From: Syntrophales bacterium
GTDB taxonomy: Bacteria; Desulfobacterota; Syntrophia; Syntrophales; UBA4778
Assembly (NCBI GenBank): GCA_963665615.2
Contig: CAXXQE010000006.1
Span: 434,001-498,000 of the forward strand
Reading direction: 5' to 3'
DNA: 64,000 bases
In this document: one piece after another, positions 30,590 to 40,444 of the stretch
Layout: each line of letters begins with the position of its first letter
Position numbering within the stretch: the stretch's first letter is position 1
Translations under genes and position numbers: made by a program
The notes under the pieces: generated by a model
Seen by the model: the letters and a program-made list of their open reading frames with translations, nothing else
Told to the model about the DNA's origin: nothing
Databases searched by the model: none

Positions 30590-33061
30590 ATGAGTGGAAT
30601 TTATTTCTTTCCCAGACGTTCATGGACCTGTTTTTTACTCTTGTGTCTATATCTATCGGTGCTTGCCTGCGGCGGCGGGGGAGGAGGAGGTAGCAGCGAC
30701 GGTGCTGGTACGAACAATCCCTCTTATGGCGGCTCGACGTCCCAAGCTTCTCTCAGCAGTTCGAACGCCCAAGAATTTTATGCCATCTTATGGGGTAGCT
30801 CCTCAGGGGGTTCTTCTATACAGTCAGTTGCCTCTGCAAACGCCTCTTCAAATTTCTCGAAGTCAAGAAGTCTTACCAATATGCTGGAACGGTTGAAGTG
30901 CCGTTCCTTGTCCGATTATAGCGGTTTCGCAGTCAGATCCATGAGCATGGCAAGAACACAGGCAGCCGTAAATCGGACGTATACTGGCAGTGTCAGCGGT
31001 ACGTTAACGATTTCCGGCACGGTCGACACCGACACCATGACCGGCAATTTGACCATGAGTTATGCCAACTTCAACAATGGCGACGGGATCACTTACGATG
31101 GAACCCTGACCGTAAGGGTTGACGGGTTCGACATAACAAATGACCTGATCACAGACGGAACCGCAAGCTTTACCTCATGGAGAATGGCAGGAGGAAACAG
31201 TAACTTTACGCTTAGCGGTTCCATGAGGATTCAGCAGAGCGCGTCGAGTAACAGTGAGACCCTCACTTACAATATCGACGGGTGGGACAACACCGCCAAT
31301 CGGGCTTTCCGCTTCCAGAATCTCGTCACAACAGTCACCTATGACAATATTTTAAACCCCACTTCGAGAACCGAAACCGTAACCGGACGGGTCTACGTTG
31401 ATTCATACGGATATGTTGACGTCAATATGACATCACCGCTCGTCTATGCGTCGATCTCGCAGATCAGCCCGAGCAGCGGCGGTCCCATTATCCTGAGCGG
31501 CGCCGGCAACTCCAGAGCCGCCCTCACGCCGTATTCAACGAGTTATATGAGGATCAGCGTGGATGCCAATGGAGACGGCACCAATGAATCGGGACATGTC
31601 TATGCATGGAGCAACATGACCGGCTCCCCCGTAGCGGTCAATCCTGTCGCCAGCGCAGGATCTGATCAGACCGTTGTCGCCACAACGCTTGTAACACTGG
31701 ACGGCACAGGGAGCGTGGATTTGAATGGCCATGCCTTGACCTATACCTGGACGATTACCTCGAAACCAAACGGGAGCAGCGCAGTCCTTTCCAACGCCTC
31801 CTCGGCAGCGCCATCGTTTACGACGGATGTTGCAGGAAGTTATGTTATCAGCCTCGTGGTCACTAACGGAACGTACAACAGCAATCCCGACACGGTAACC
31901 GTGACGGCGACGTTCAATGTGACACAGCCGTCGCCCACGCCGCCTCTCAGCCAGTCGGTGGCTTATCAGATGGACTACGCGCATTCGGGCAGAGTGGTCT
32001 TTGCAGATCCCGTATCGTTCCCCGACAGCCCGGCCTGGTCGGCGACTCTCAATGGAGCAATTTCATATCCACTGATTGCGGGCGGAAGGGTGTTCGTGAC
32101 AACCGCAAATCCGGGGATAGATACAGGTACATCGCTATACGCACTGAATGAACAGACCGGAAGCATTATTTGGGGTCCCATAAATGTTCCCGGAACCTCC
32201 CATCGGTCCGGCCTTGCTTATGATAATGGCACGGTCTTTGTAGTCAACTATGATGGACTCTTAAAAGCATTTAACGCAGGAACGGGTCAGCTTCTCTGGA
32301 GCAGCCAAATGCCTTATCAATATTCATTCGATTCACCGCCGACTGCTGTCAACGGCATCGTCTATGTAAGCGGTACAGGAACAGGTGGGACGCTATACGC
32401 GGTCGATGGGTCAAATGGAAACGTGCTGTGGACCACTGGTAACATCAATGTTTTCAATCCCCCCTCTGTATCCAGCGACGGTGTTTTCATTATCGGTCCC
32501 GGCGAAGCTTACAAATTCCACCTCATTACCGGAGCCACCCTCTGGCATTATTCAGGAACGGGAGGAGACTATGGCAGTACAGCAGCCTATGCGAACGGCA
32601 GGCTGTATATGAGATACAGTGAAGTTTCACAAGTAACAATAACGATACTAAACGCATCAACAGGTATCTCTGTTGGAAATTTTGCGCTTTCGACTTACAC
32701 GGTAATGCCGATCCCTGCATTCACAACATCAACCGGCTTTTTTCTCAATGCGCTGGGGACGCTCAAAGGCATTGATCTCAATACAAACAGTGTCCTTTGG
32801 AGTTTTGCCGGCGATAGTAATCTCGTATCGGCGCCGATCGTCATTAACGACGTTGTTGTTGTAGGTTCGAGCTCCGGAAACGTTTACGCCGTCAATGCAA
32901 ACACCGGTGTCCAGATATGGAGCGGCAACGCCGGGGCTTCGATAGCAGGACCACAAGAACTAGGCGTCTCACAACCGCTGACCGGTCTCGGGGCCGGTGA
33001 AGGCTATCTGGTCGTTCCCGCAGGAAACGTCTTGACGGCATGGCATATTTCCGGCCCTTAA
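30590..33061 (+). CDS. Large lipoprotein: beta-rich N-terminal region, PKD domain, PQQ-like beta-propeller
   Basis: LAC lipobox followed by GGGGGG; ASAGSDQTV...LDGTGS..LTYTW; repeated A.N..TG...W propeller motifs. Confidence 0.8.
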   Translation: MSGIYFFPRRSWTCFLLLCLYLSVLACGGGGGGGSSDGAGTNNPSYGGSTSQASLSSSNAQEFYAILWGSSSGGSSIQSVASANASSNFSKSRSLTNMLERLKCRSLSDYSGFAVRSMSMARTQAAVNRTYTGSVSGTLTISGTVDTDTMTGNLTMSYANFNNGDGITYDGTLTVRVDGFDITNDLITDGTASFTSWRMAGGNSNFTLSGSMRIQQSASSNSETLTYNIDGWDNTANRAFRFQNLVTTVTYDNILNPTSRTETVTGRVYVDSYGYVDVNMTSPLVYASISQISPSSGGPIILSGAGNSRAALTPYSTSYMRISVDANGDGTNESGHVYAWSNMTGSPVAVNPVASAGSDQTVVATTLVTLDGTGSVDLNGHALTYTWTITSKPNGSSAVLSNASSAAPSFTTDVAGSYVISLVVTNGTYNSNPDTVTVTATFNVTQPSPTPPLSQSVAYQMDYAHSGRVVFADPVSFPDSPAWSATLNGAISYPLIAGGRVFVTTANPGIDTGTSLYALNEQTGSIIWGPINVPGTSHRSGLAYDNGTVFVVNYDGLLKAFNAGTGQLLWSSQMPYQYSFDSPPTAVNGIVYVSGTGTGGTLYAVDGSNGNVLWTTGNINVFNPPSVSSDGVFIIGPGEAYKFHLITGATLWHYSGTGGDYGSTAAYANGRLYMRYSEVSQVTITILNASTGISVGNFALSTYTVMPIPAFTTSTGFFLNALGTLKGIDLNTNSVLWSFAGDSNLVSAPIVINDVVVVGSSSGNVYAVNANTGVQIWSGNAGASIAGPQELGVSQPLTGLGAGEGYLVVPAGNVLTAWHISGP

Positions 33062-33084
33062 TATCGCAGCAGTGAATTCACTTT

Positions 33085-33128
33085 TGATGGCAGGTCTTGG
33101 TTATTGCAGCAGGCAAGACCTGCCATCA
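33085..33128. terminator. 15-bp stem hairpin after lipoprotein gene
   Basis: tgatggcaggtcttg...caagacctgccatca. Confidence 0.6.
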
Positions 33129-33327
33129 TTGTATCAACACCCCATCTGATCTTTTCCGCTCCGTTCGCACACATCGCACACACAACCCGCGGCTGTGATA
33201 TCCCTGAATGACTGCGACGCCTGTGTCCTTCCCCTTTGACATATTTATTCGATGGAGCAATACTGTTATCCGTTATCCGTCACTCGTGACCCGTTATGTT
33301 TTTGTTTTAACCGGAAACAAGGAAACC

Positions 33328-33891
33328 ATGCAGAAGCAGTATTCGAATGTCATCGGGTTTGACGATGCCCCTTTCCCGACCGATCACCGGGGAAAGGTCA
33401 AGGTCGTCGGGACTGTTTATGCCAGATTGCAGCTAAATGGCGTCATTATCGGCGAGGTCAAACGGGACGGACGAGATGCGGCCAAAAATCTGGTAACACT
33501 GATTTCACAATCGAAGTTCGCTGAATCCCTGCAACTGATTATGCTGCAAGGCATTGCATTGGCGGGGTTCAACGTCGTCGATGTCTTCTATATGCATGAG
33601 CAGCTGAAACTGCCCGTTTTGGTCGTCTCGCGCAGACTTCCCAAGATGCCTGCCATCAAAGAAGCGCTGCTGAAGATGCGCGGGGGACAGCGAAAATGGG
33701 CTCTGATCGAGCGACTCGGCCCGATGGAAGCCATAGCGCAGGTTTATGTTCAGCGGGTTGGGCTCACCCCGGGCCAGGCCACAAACGTCCTGGAACGTTT
33801 TACTCAAACCGGCCATATCCCCGAACCGTTGCGCGCCGCGCATCTGATAGCAGGAGCCATCAGAAAAGGACAAAGCGGCGGCCGAGTGTGA
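33328..33891 (+). CDS. DUF99 family (endonuclease V-like) protein
   Basis: IGFDDAPF, DGRDA, GIALAGFNVVD, PEPLRAAHLIA. Confidence 0.85.
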   Translation: MQKQYSNVIGFDDAPFPTDHRGKVKVVGTVYARLQLNGVIIGEVKRDGRDAAKNLVTLISQSKFAESLQLIMLQGIALAGFNVVDVFYMHEQLKLPVLVVSRRLPKMPAIKEALLKMRGGQRKWALIERLGPMEAIAQVYVQRVGLTPGQATNVLERFTQTGHIPEPLRAAHLIAGAIRKGQSGGRV

Positions 33892-33910
33892 GATGAATTG
33901 CAGCGGGGCA

Positions 33911-35134
33911 TTATTGCGGTGCAGCTTCGGCCATGCCCTCGTCGGCCTGCATCTCGCCGGGCATGAGTTTCTCCAGAAGGAAGAGGAAGTTTTTGGTCAG
34001 GATAGGGTTGAGCGACGTACCGGACATCGACGCCATCATGGCGGCAATCTCTTTCGTATTCATCGAATCGCGATAGGCGCGTTTCGTGCGCAGCGAGTCG
34101 AACACGTCTGCGATGGTGATCATCTGGCTGCAAATATTCTGGCGTCGTCGGGATGACACCTCCGGATAGCCCGAGAAATCATACTGCATGTGATGTTCAT
34201 AAGCCGCGATAATGGCCAGAGACGGAATGCCGGGTTTATCCATCAGATACTTGGCCCCACAGACGGGGTGCTGCTTGATGATCGACCACTCTTCGTCGGT
34301 CAGCTTTCCCTTTTTGTTCAGAATTTCCTCGGACACGAAGATCTTGCCGATATCGTGCAGCATCGCGGCAACGCCGATATCGTGCAGCTGATCGTCGCTC
34401 ATTTTCATGGCCATCCCCTGGGCCAGGGCCAGAATGCAAACATTGGTCGAATGCGTGAACGTATATTCATCGAGGATTCGCAGAGGAGAGAAGGTCAGCA
34501 GCAGCGAGGACTCTTCCTTGATGGCCGACATGATATCCGTGACGACCTGCTTGATCTCTAGATCCGGCAGTTTATAGCCCCGCCTGGCGCCGTCGACGAT
34601 ATCCGACATGAGTCCGACCTCGCTGCGACAGATACGCTCGAAATAACATATGTGTTCGGGACTGGGCGAAACCGCCTTGCCATCCGCAGTTTGCGAATGC
34701 TCTCGCAGAGACTCTTCCTGCGTGTCCTTATAGCTGATGCCGACCTTGCCGAATTGGATATGTTCAAAGCCCTTGCGGTCGGACTGGTGGGTTGCCTTGT
34801 CAAAGTGGGTCACGGCTTCTGTGAAGGCCCGCAACTCGTCAAGCGTGACGCCCGACGCAATCCGGATGTTATCGATCTCCCGACTGTTGAAGAAGAGGAT
34901 GAAACGGCTTGTATAGACCGAATCCTCCAGCGATTCTTTGTCCACAACCGCCCGGTCATCGATCATCATGATCTCGAAAGATCCGTCCTCTAGCACCGAA
35001 AGCAGTCTCGAATAGGCCTCTTCAAGGGTCGCCCTCGTCAGTTTGTGAGCAACGGTGTATTGTCTCGCCTGCGTCAGTGCTGGGAGAAAAGCGCGGATAA
35101 AGGATTGAATACGGTTCTTTCTGAGGACGTTCAT
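33911..35134 (-). CDS. HD-GYP domain phosphodiesterase
   Basis: YTFTHSTNV, LHDIGK, EHH...SGYP, IADVFD. Confidence 0.88.
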   Translation of the reverse strand: MNVLRKNRIQSFIRAFLPALTQARQYTVAHKLTRATLEEAYSRLLSVLEDGSFEIMMIDDRAVVDKESLEDSVYTSRFILFFNSREIDNIRIASGVTLDELRAFTEAVTHFDKATHQSDRKGFEHIQFGKVGISYKDTQEESLREHSQTADGKAVSPSPEHICYFERICRSEVGLMSDIVDGARRGYKLPDLEIKQVVTDIMSAIKEESSLLLTFSPLRILDEYTFTHSTNVCILALAQGMAMKMSDDQLHDIGVAAMLHDIGKIFVSEEILNKKGKLTDEEWSIIKQHPVCGAKYLMDKPGIPSLAIIAAYEHHMQYDFSGYPEVSSRRRQNICSQMITIADVFDSLRTKRAYRDSMNTKEIAAMMASMSGTSLNPILTKNFLFLLEKLMPGEMQADEGMAEAAPQ

Positions 35135-37353
35135 GATGCCGTCTCCCGATGCGCCTTGTAATGGTAGTCTGCCTGTTGCGGTTGCGATGCGATTTTAATC
35201 CAGTTCTTCCCGAGTTTTTTGAAAATAGGGGCCGTCGCGTCCTCCGGATATCGATGCAGCGTTGCCGCAATTTCTATCTTTAGTTGCTTTCCCCTGCCGC
35301 CCGAAAATAGAAAAATGGATTTCATGATTCTGAGAAGCACCGGCAGGACTGAGACATCGCCGATCTCCGCCAGAGCCTGTACCGCAGCCTTTTTCAACTC
35401 CAGATCAGACGGCAGCATCCCACTGGCCTTCACGATTCCGATTAGCTCCTGATGAATAGACGCGTCTTTTGACTTTCCCGTCATCCTGACGGCTGTCAGG
35501 CGTCTTTCCATATCGCTGGAACGCATTTCCTGCAAGAGGATGTCATCCGCTTTCGGGTCGCCAAACATGACGAGAATGCGCAGTAACTCCTGGCGAACCC
35601 TGGGATGCTCGTGATGGAGCAGCTTGTATACGGACTCAAGAACGCTCGGATCGTCCATGCTGCATAATACGAAAAGAAGATTACGCACATAATACCAGCG
35701 CGTGTCGCCAAGTCGTTTCATGACGGCGTCTTTAACCGCCGCGCCCATTTCCTTGAGCGTATCGATATAAAACATGCGAATCGTCTTGTTTTGCTCTTCG
35801 GCAAGGTTATCCAGCATGGGATCTATAAAAGGGGTCCCAATCCGCTTGATGACCCGAGACACATAGAATTTCCTGTCTTTAATCCATCTGAGGCTGTCAT
35901 TCAGCGCCCCGGAGGCGAATTCACGGTTGCAGAGGATCGATTCAGCGAGAAGCAATGGCCGGTTACTATCTCCCTCAACGGCTTCCCGGATGCGGTTAAT
36001 AGCATCCATCATGAGCAGGAGCTGCTGAAAATCGCCGGCGCCAAACATCTTTGCAGCGCATTCTCTCAGCCGTTTCGCCATTGCCGCGAATGTGCCCGGA
36101 TCATGTTCCGCGGCAATGAGCTCTGAGGCAATCCACGCAAGACCCGTATTCTGGTTCTGCTCGGAAAGTGTCTGCTCCAATTGCTCGATTTCCGAGATTT
36201 CCGGCGCGGATAGGTGATCCGTGAGCACGATATTGCGCAGGACCTGCTGATAATCGACTGGCATGAACCGGTCCTGCTCATCTTCCTTGAAAATCGTGCG
36301 CATATTTTCCAGCAGATCGTCACGGCTGAAGGCGTTGATGAATTCTTCAACGGTCCCGTCGTCCTTCCCCTGCGACAGCTTCGAGAGCTTTCTGACGAGG
36401 TCGAGCACGTATGGCGGAACATAGAGTTCTTGACGTGCATGCTTGTCTAGCGCCTCGAGAATCAGTTCGTCCGGAAGCCCCGAAAGGGCTTTTTCGGCCG
36501 CAATGTCGTTCGCGGGGATGGAATGGAGGTATTGCTCCAGGAAATGCCGCCGCAGATCGCTGTTAAGCGATTGCACGAATTGGAGCACCCGTATGGTCGA
36601 TTCGTCAACCTCGGCGAAATCCGTTACGGCCAAAGAATCAAGATAGGATACAAGCGCGCGATCCATGGTCTCGATGGCCTCTTCCTTTGCAACCACGTAT
36701 CGGTCGGAAAGCATCACACCGAGCTGATGCGGATCGATCGCCAATAACCCACAAGCTGGGCCGTCACCGAGAATCCCCTGGAAAAAGCCATGAACAAAAC
36801 GAGCCCAGAAAGAAGAGTCCTGTAGATCGTCCATGGGGTTGATGTCAGACGCCTCGATCGCATGGAAGAGCCCGTAATCGACCAGCGCCACCTCGATGTA
36901 TCGTATCCCAGACTCATGGATTAACTGCTCAAGACCACCTTGATGGATGATGTCATTTCTTGACTGCGCAATCAGGCGATTAAACCTGATGAGTTCTGTC
37001 GAATCAAGCCCCTTTACAAGGGTGATTCCAACAATGCCGTGCCTGAAGAGGCTCTCGGCAAACTTTTGAAACAATTGATTACCCGGTTCCAGAACGGTTT
37101 TCCCCAGGACAAGGGTATTTTTGGCGATGCCGAGCTTCAACTGGTTTTGAAAACGAAAAAGACCGTCCAAAGCCTCTTCAACCTGCTGCATGGCCTCTTT
37201 CACGAGCGGATGACCTTCCGGATAGGCGCTGGCCTTCCCGACAGCGATGTTCATCGTTTGGATAAGCCGCGAGATGACGACCATGTCCGAATCAAAAGCC
37301 GTCCGCTGTTGATTTTCACGCGTTATCGGCGTTTTTTCAGTCTCTGACATCAT
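35131..37353 (-). CDS. HEAT-repeat protein
   Basis: N-terminal YPEGHP motif; C-terminal HEAT repeats (WYYVRN, HPRVRQE); overlaps HD-GYP start. Confidence 0.75.
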   Translation of the reverse strand: MMSETEKTPITRENQQRTAFDSDMVVISRLIQTMNIAVGKASAYPEGHPLVKEAMQQVEEALDGLFRFQNQLKLGIAKNTLVLGKTVLEPGNQLFQKFAESLFRHGIVGITLVKGLDSTELIRFNRLIAQSRNDIIHQGGLEQLIHESGIRYIEVALVDYGLFHAIEASDINPMDDLQDSSFWARFVHGFFQGILGDGPACGLLAIDPHQLGVMLSDRYVVAKEEAIETMDRALVSYLDSLAVTDFAEVDESTIRVLQFVQSLNSDLRRHFLEQYLHSIPANDIAAEKALSGLPDELILEALDKHARQELYVPPYVLDLVRKLSKLSQGKDDGTVEEFINAFSRDDLLENMRTIFKEDEQDRFMPVDYQQVLRNIVLTDHLSAPEISEIEQLEQTLSEQNQNTGLAWIASELIAAEHDPGTFAAMAKRLRECAAKMFGAGDFQQLLLMMDAINRIREAVEGDSNRPLLLAESILCNREFASGALNDSLRWIKDRKFYVSRVIKRIGTPFIDPMLDNLAEEQNKTIRMFYIDTLKEMGAAVKDAVMKRLGDTRWYYVRNLLFVLCSMDDPSVLESVYKLLHHEHPRVRQELLRILVMFGDPKADDILLQEMRSSDMERRLTAVRMTGKSKDASIHQELIGIVKASGMLPSDLELKKAAVQALAEIGDVSVLPVLLRIMKSIFLFSGGRGKQLKIEIAATLHRYPEDATAPIFKKLGKNWIKIASQPQQADYHYKAHRETAS

Positions 37354-37743
37354 GGAATCGCACACGTTTTATTGACTGCCAGTTTTTACCCACTTTTTTT
37401 ATCTTCCGCCTTCCTTCATTATTCGGACATTTCGCCAAATATCTTTAAAAAACGAACCGAAAGGGGGCAATCGCGCTTTTGTAAAGGACTGGCATCAGGC
37501 GTACCTGAGGCAAGATAAAATGAGTGGAGTCTTGCTATCCGTTATGCGTCACTCGTGACCCGTTGCTTTTCTTATTCAATTCTGCCCCCGATACTGAACC
37601 CAAAACTTCACACAAAGTAGGCAGGTTCCCCTTGTTTTTTATCAGTGGGGGACTGAAAGGACACTGTAGTAATTTATCTTGACTTCCAGACGCATGAGTT
37701 TAAAAGTGCTTCAAAGAAGAAAGAAACTTTCGGAGGTGATATC

Positions 37744-38622
37744 TTGGAAAAAACACTTCAGGATCCAGTCAGCCTCTCACCAACGCAGAACAAGAAGCGT
37801 GTTCGTTTCTGGCAATTTGTCATCATTCTGGCGATGCTGGGACTCATCACTGTTCTGAATACGTTGCTCAAAGATATCATCCAACCGTCCTCGCTGGTCT
37901 TTATCTATCTTCTCCCAACCATTGCAGGGGCAATTTATATCGGAATCTGGGCGGCGGTCTTTTCGTTCATTTGCGGTTTTCTGATATTTGACTTTCTTTT
38001 TGTCCAACCACAATACTCCCTCTATATTTCTATGCCCCAGGACATCTATAATGTCATCGCGTACTTTGCGATCGCCCTCCTCATCACCTATCTCATCAAC
38101 CTGACCCTGCGACAAAATGCCCAATTGAAAGACCGGCTCGACCGGGTCTCCTTCATTGAGGATATGAGCCGAGACTTTCTGCTTCTGACGCCCCTGGATC
38201 GGCCATACAAGTTCACGGAAACCCTGCAGACGGAGGTGCTGAGTCAATTAGGGCAACTCACACTAAGGTATGCCAAACAGATCCTGGATGTATCGTCCTT
38301 TGTCTTTTTTCGGGATGCGAGTGAAGGTCTCAAGCTCTATGCCGTAAGCGATTCCAATATGGAGATCAAACCGGATGATCGAGTTGCCGCAAACTGGACT
38401 TTGGATAATGGCGAGGTCTGTGGGGCCGGTACGCACACCCATTCGACTGCGCCCTACTTTTTTATTCCGATTACTTCTCACGTAGAGGTGATCGGCGTGC
38501 TTGGAATCTTATACAATTCCAAGGAACTTTTCCCTGAACAGCGCCGTCTTCTCGGCGCCGTCTCCAACCTCACAACGATTGTCGCGACAAGTTGGATGCG
38601 CCTCAAAGTGGAACGAACGTGA
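37744..38622 (+). CDS. DUF4118 (KdpD-like TM) plus GAF-like protein without kinase domain
   Basis: 4 TM helices with FDFLFVQPQYSL; AANWT..NGE.CGAGTHT KdpD GAF-like motif; GGAGGT RBS before TTG. Confidence 0.75.
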   Translation: MEKTLQDPVSLSPTQNKKRVRFWQFVIILAMLGLITVLNTLLKDIIQPSSLVFIYLLPTIAGAIYIGIWAAVFSFICGFLIFDFLFVQPQYSLYISMPQDIYNVIAYFAIALLITYLINLTLRQNAQLKDRLDRVSFIEDMSRDFLLLTPLDRPYKFTETLQTEVLSQLGQLTLRYAKQILDVSSFVFFRDASEGLKLYAVSDSNMEIKPDDRVAANWTLDNGEVCGAGTHTHSTAPYFFIPITSHVEVIGVLGILYNSKELFPEQRRLLGAVSNLTTIVATSWMRLKVERT

Positions 38623-38662
38623 TGGTCCCATCCTCGTTGGAATGTGTGTATCGACTATGCTC

Positions 38663-38691
38663 CAGCAAGCTGCAAGCATGCGCTCGCTGCC
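38663..38691 (+). repeat. Family B fragment
   Basis: cagcaagctgcaagcatgcgctcgctgcc. Confidence 0.5.
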
Positions 38692-38800
38692 TGAGTGAAG
38701 ATCCATCCGTCTCAAGGCCCCTCTTGATTTTTCGCGGCGGAGCGTGATAACAAAATAGCAGCGATTTTGAACAAACAATTGACACGGAGGACAGACAACC

Positions 38801-39361
38801 ATGTTCGATACCCATCAGAGCCTTCTGCTGCTAGTGGATTTGCAGACAAAACTCTTCAACGCCATGCCGGACAAAGAGGCGCTCACCAAGAATCTGATCA
38901 CACTGACCAAAGGCGCCGCGCTTCTGAATATCCCGATTCTTGTCACCGAACAGTATCCTACGGGTCTCGGAAGCACGATTCCGGAACTGGCCGAGGTCAT
39001 CAAGGCGCATCCGCTTCAGAACGGCCAGGTCAATGCGATCGACAAGCTCTCCTTCAGCTGCTGGGGTGAACAGCGCTTCCGTCTGGCTCTCGACAACGCG
39101 GGCAAAAAACAGATCCTTCTGGCCGGCATCGAGGCCCACGTCTGTGTCTATCAAACCGCCATCGATCTGTTGGGGGCAGGATACCGTGTTCAGGTCGTCG
39201 CGGACGCCGTCTCCTCACGCTCTGCACGCAATCGAGACATCGGGCTCCAGAAAATGCACGACGCTGGCGCTCCCACGACAAGTATCGAGATGGCCCTTTT
39301 CGAACTACTCAAAACCGCACAGTCGCCGGTTTTTAAAGAAATCTCGAAACTGGTGAAGTAA
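38801..39361 (+). CDS. Isochorismatase-family hydrolase
   Basis: LVDLQ, TEQYPTGLG, KLSFSC, GIEAHVCVYQT. Confidence 0.9.
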   Translation: MFDTHQSLLLLVDLQTKLFNAMPDKEALTKNLITLTKGAALLNIPILVTEQYPTGLGSTIPELAEVIKAHPLQNGQVNAIDKLSFSCWGEQRFRLALDNAGKKQILLAGIEAHVCVYQTAIDLLGAGYRVQVVADAVSSRSARNRDIGLQKMHDAGAPTTSIEMALFELLKTAQSPVFKEISKLVK

Positions 39362-39367
39362 AAAAAC

Positions 39368-39550
39368 AGTGACGAGTAACAGGTTACAAGTGACAAGCGA
39401 AAAAGAAAGAAGAAGCTGAGCGGCCGGGACGTTTAGAGGTTGAGAAAAAACGTTTATCTTCTCAGCATCTCAACGTCCCAACTTCCCGGCCTGTCCCTGT
39501 CACGCGTGACCCGTCACTATTTTTACTGTTTCCTGTTCACTATTCACTGC
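39368..39550. repeat. Nested inverted 7-mer/8-mer arrays
   Basis: GTGAC-type and GAGAAG-type arms followed by their complements, then TTCAC-type arm. Confidence 0.8.
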
Positions 39551-39585
39551 TAACAGCATCCCAACAGCCGGAGGGATTCACCGCG

Positions 39586-40179
39586 ATGGACAAGTTCTGG
39601 TTGGCCTTCCTCCCCATTTTTATGGCAGTCAATGCCATCAGCCTATTGCCTTTCTTCATCAGTTTCACAGCGGAGTTGGAGAGGGGCCGGGTCAGGCGTA
39701 CCATCGTTCAGTCGGTCATTACCGCAACGATCGTTGCCGTCCTCTTCCTTCTGGCGGGATCGGCGCTCCTCAATGTCTTGGGGATTACCGTTGCGGACTT
39801 CCTGATCGCCGGCGGGGCGCTCTTATTCGTCATTGCCCTGGACGAGTTGCTCGCTTCGGAAAAAAAGGTGCGCCTGGTGGATACGGAGAGCCTTGGCGCC
39901 GTGCCGCTGGGGGTTCCGCTGATCGTCGGTCCCGCCGTCCTGACGACCACCTTGATGCTCGAACCGCAGTACGGCTTTACGACCACCGTCACGGCCATCG
40001 TTTGCAACATCCTCATTGCCGGAGGCATGTTCTGGCTGTCCACGCCGATCATCCGTTTTCTCGGCACCTCCGGGGTCAAGACAATTTCCAAGATTGGAGA
40101 CATTCTCCTGGCCGCTATTGCCGTTATGATGGTCCGGAAGGGCATTGTCCTCGTCATCGCCCAATACGCAGCGCGGTGA
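39586..40179 (+). CDS. MarC family membrane protein
   Basis: AVNAISLLPFF, IAGGALLF, VPLGVPLIVGPA, AAIAVMM. Confidence 0.9.
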   Translation: MDKFWLAFLPIFMAVNAISLLPFFISFTAELERGRVRRTIVQSVITATIVAVLFLLAGSALLNVLGITVADFLIAGGALLFVIALDELLASEKKVRLVDTESLGAVPLGVPLIVGPAVLTTTLMLEPQYGFTTTVTAIVCNILIAGGMFWLSTPIIRFLGTSGVKTISKIGDILLAAIAVMMVRKGIVLVIAQYAAR

Positions 40180-40204
40180 CGCGCACGACGCTTCGCTCAG
40201 GAGC

Positions 40205-40358
40205 AGGAAGTTAAGAAGCTTAGAGGCTGAGACGTTGAGGCTGAAAGAACCAAAACGCTGAACGCAGGGCTTCAAACTTAGCCCTACAAACCCGTCTGAA
40301 CTTCTTAACGTCTCAACCTCTCAACGTCTTGTCTTTCCATACCCGTTACTCGTCACTT
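40205..40358. repeat. Inverted 8-mer arrays plus 7-mer arm
   Basis: gaagttaagaagcttagaggctgagacgttgag...aacttcttaacgtctcaacctctcaacgtc...cccgttactcgtcact. Confidence 0.75.
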
Positions 40359-40444
40359 TATTAATAATGTCGAATAAGACTTGCAGAGTCCTCCTCGGAG
40401 TTGTACACTCCCCCCGATTCTATGGCGAAGGGAATCTGTCCAGC

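Noticed and set aside
37560..37740. Possible c-di-AMP riboswitch upstream of the KdpD-like gene
   Set aside because: Could not match the conserved ydaO motifs by eye; an Rfam/Infernal scan would settle it.
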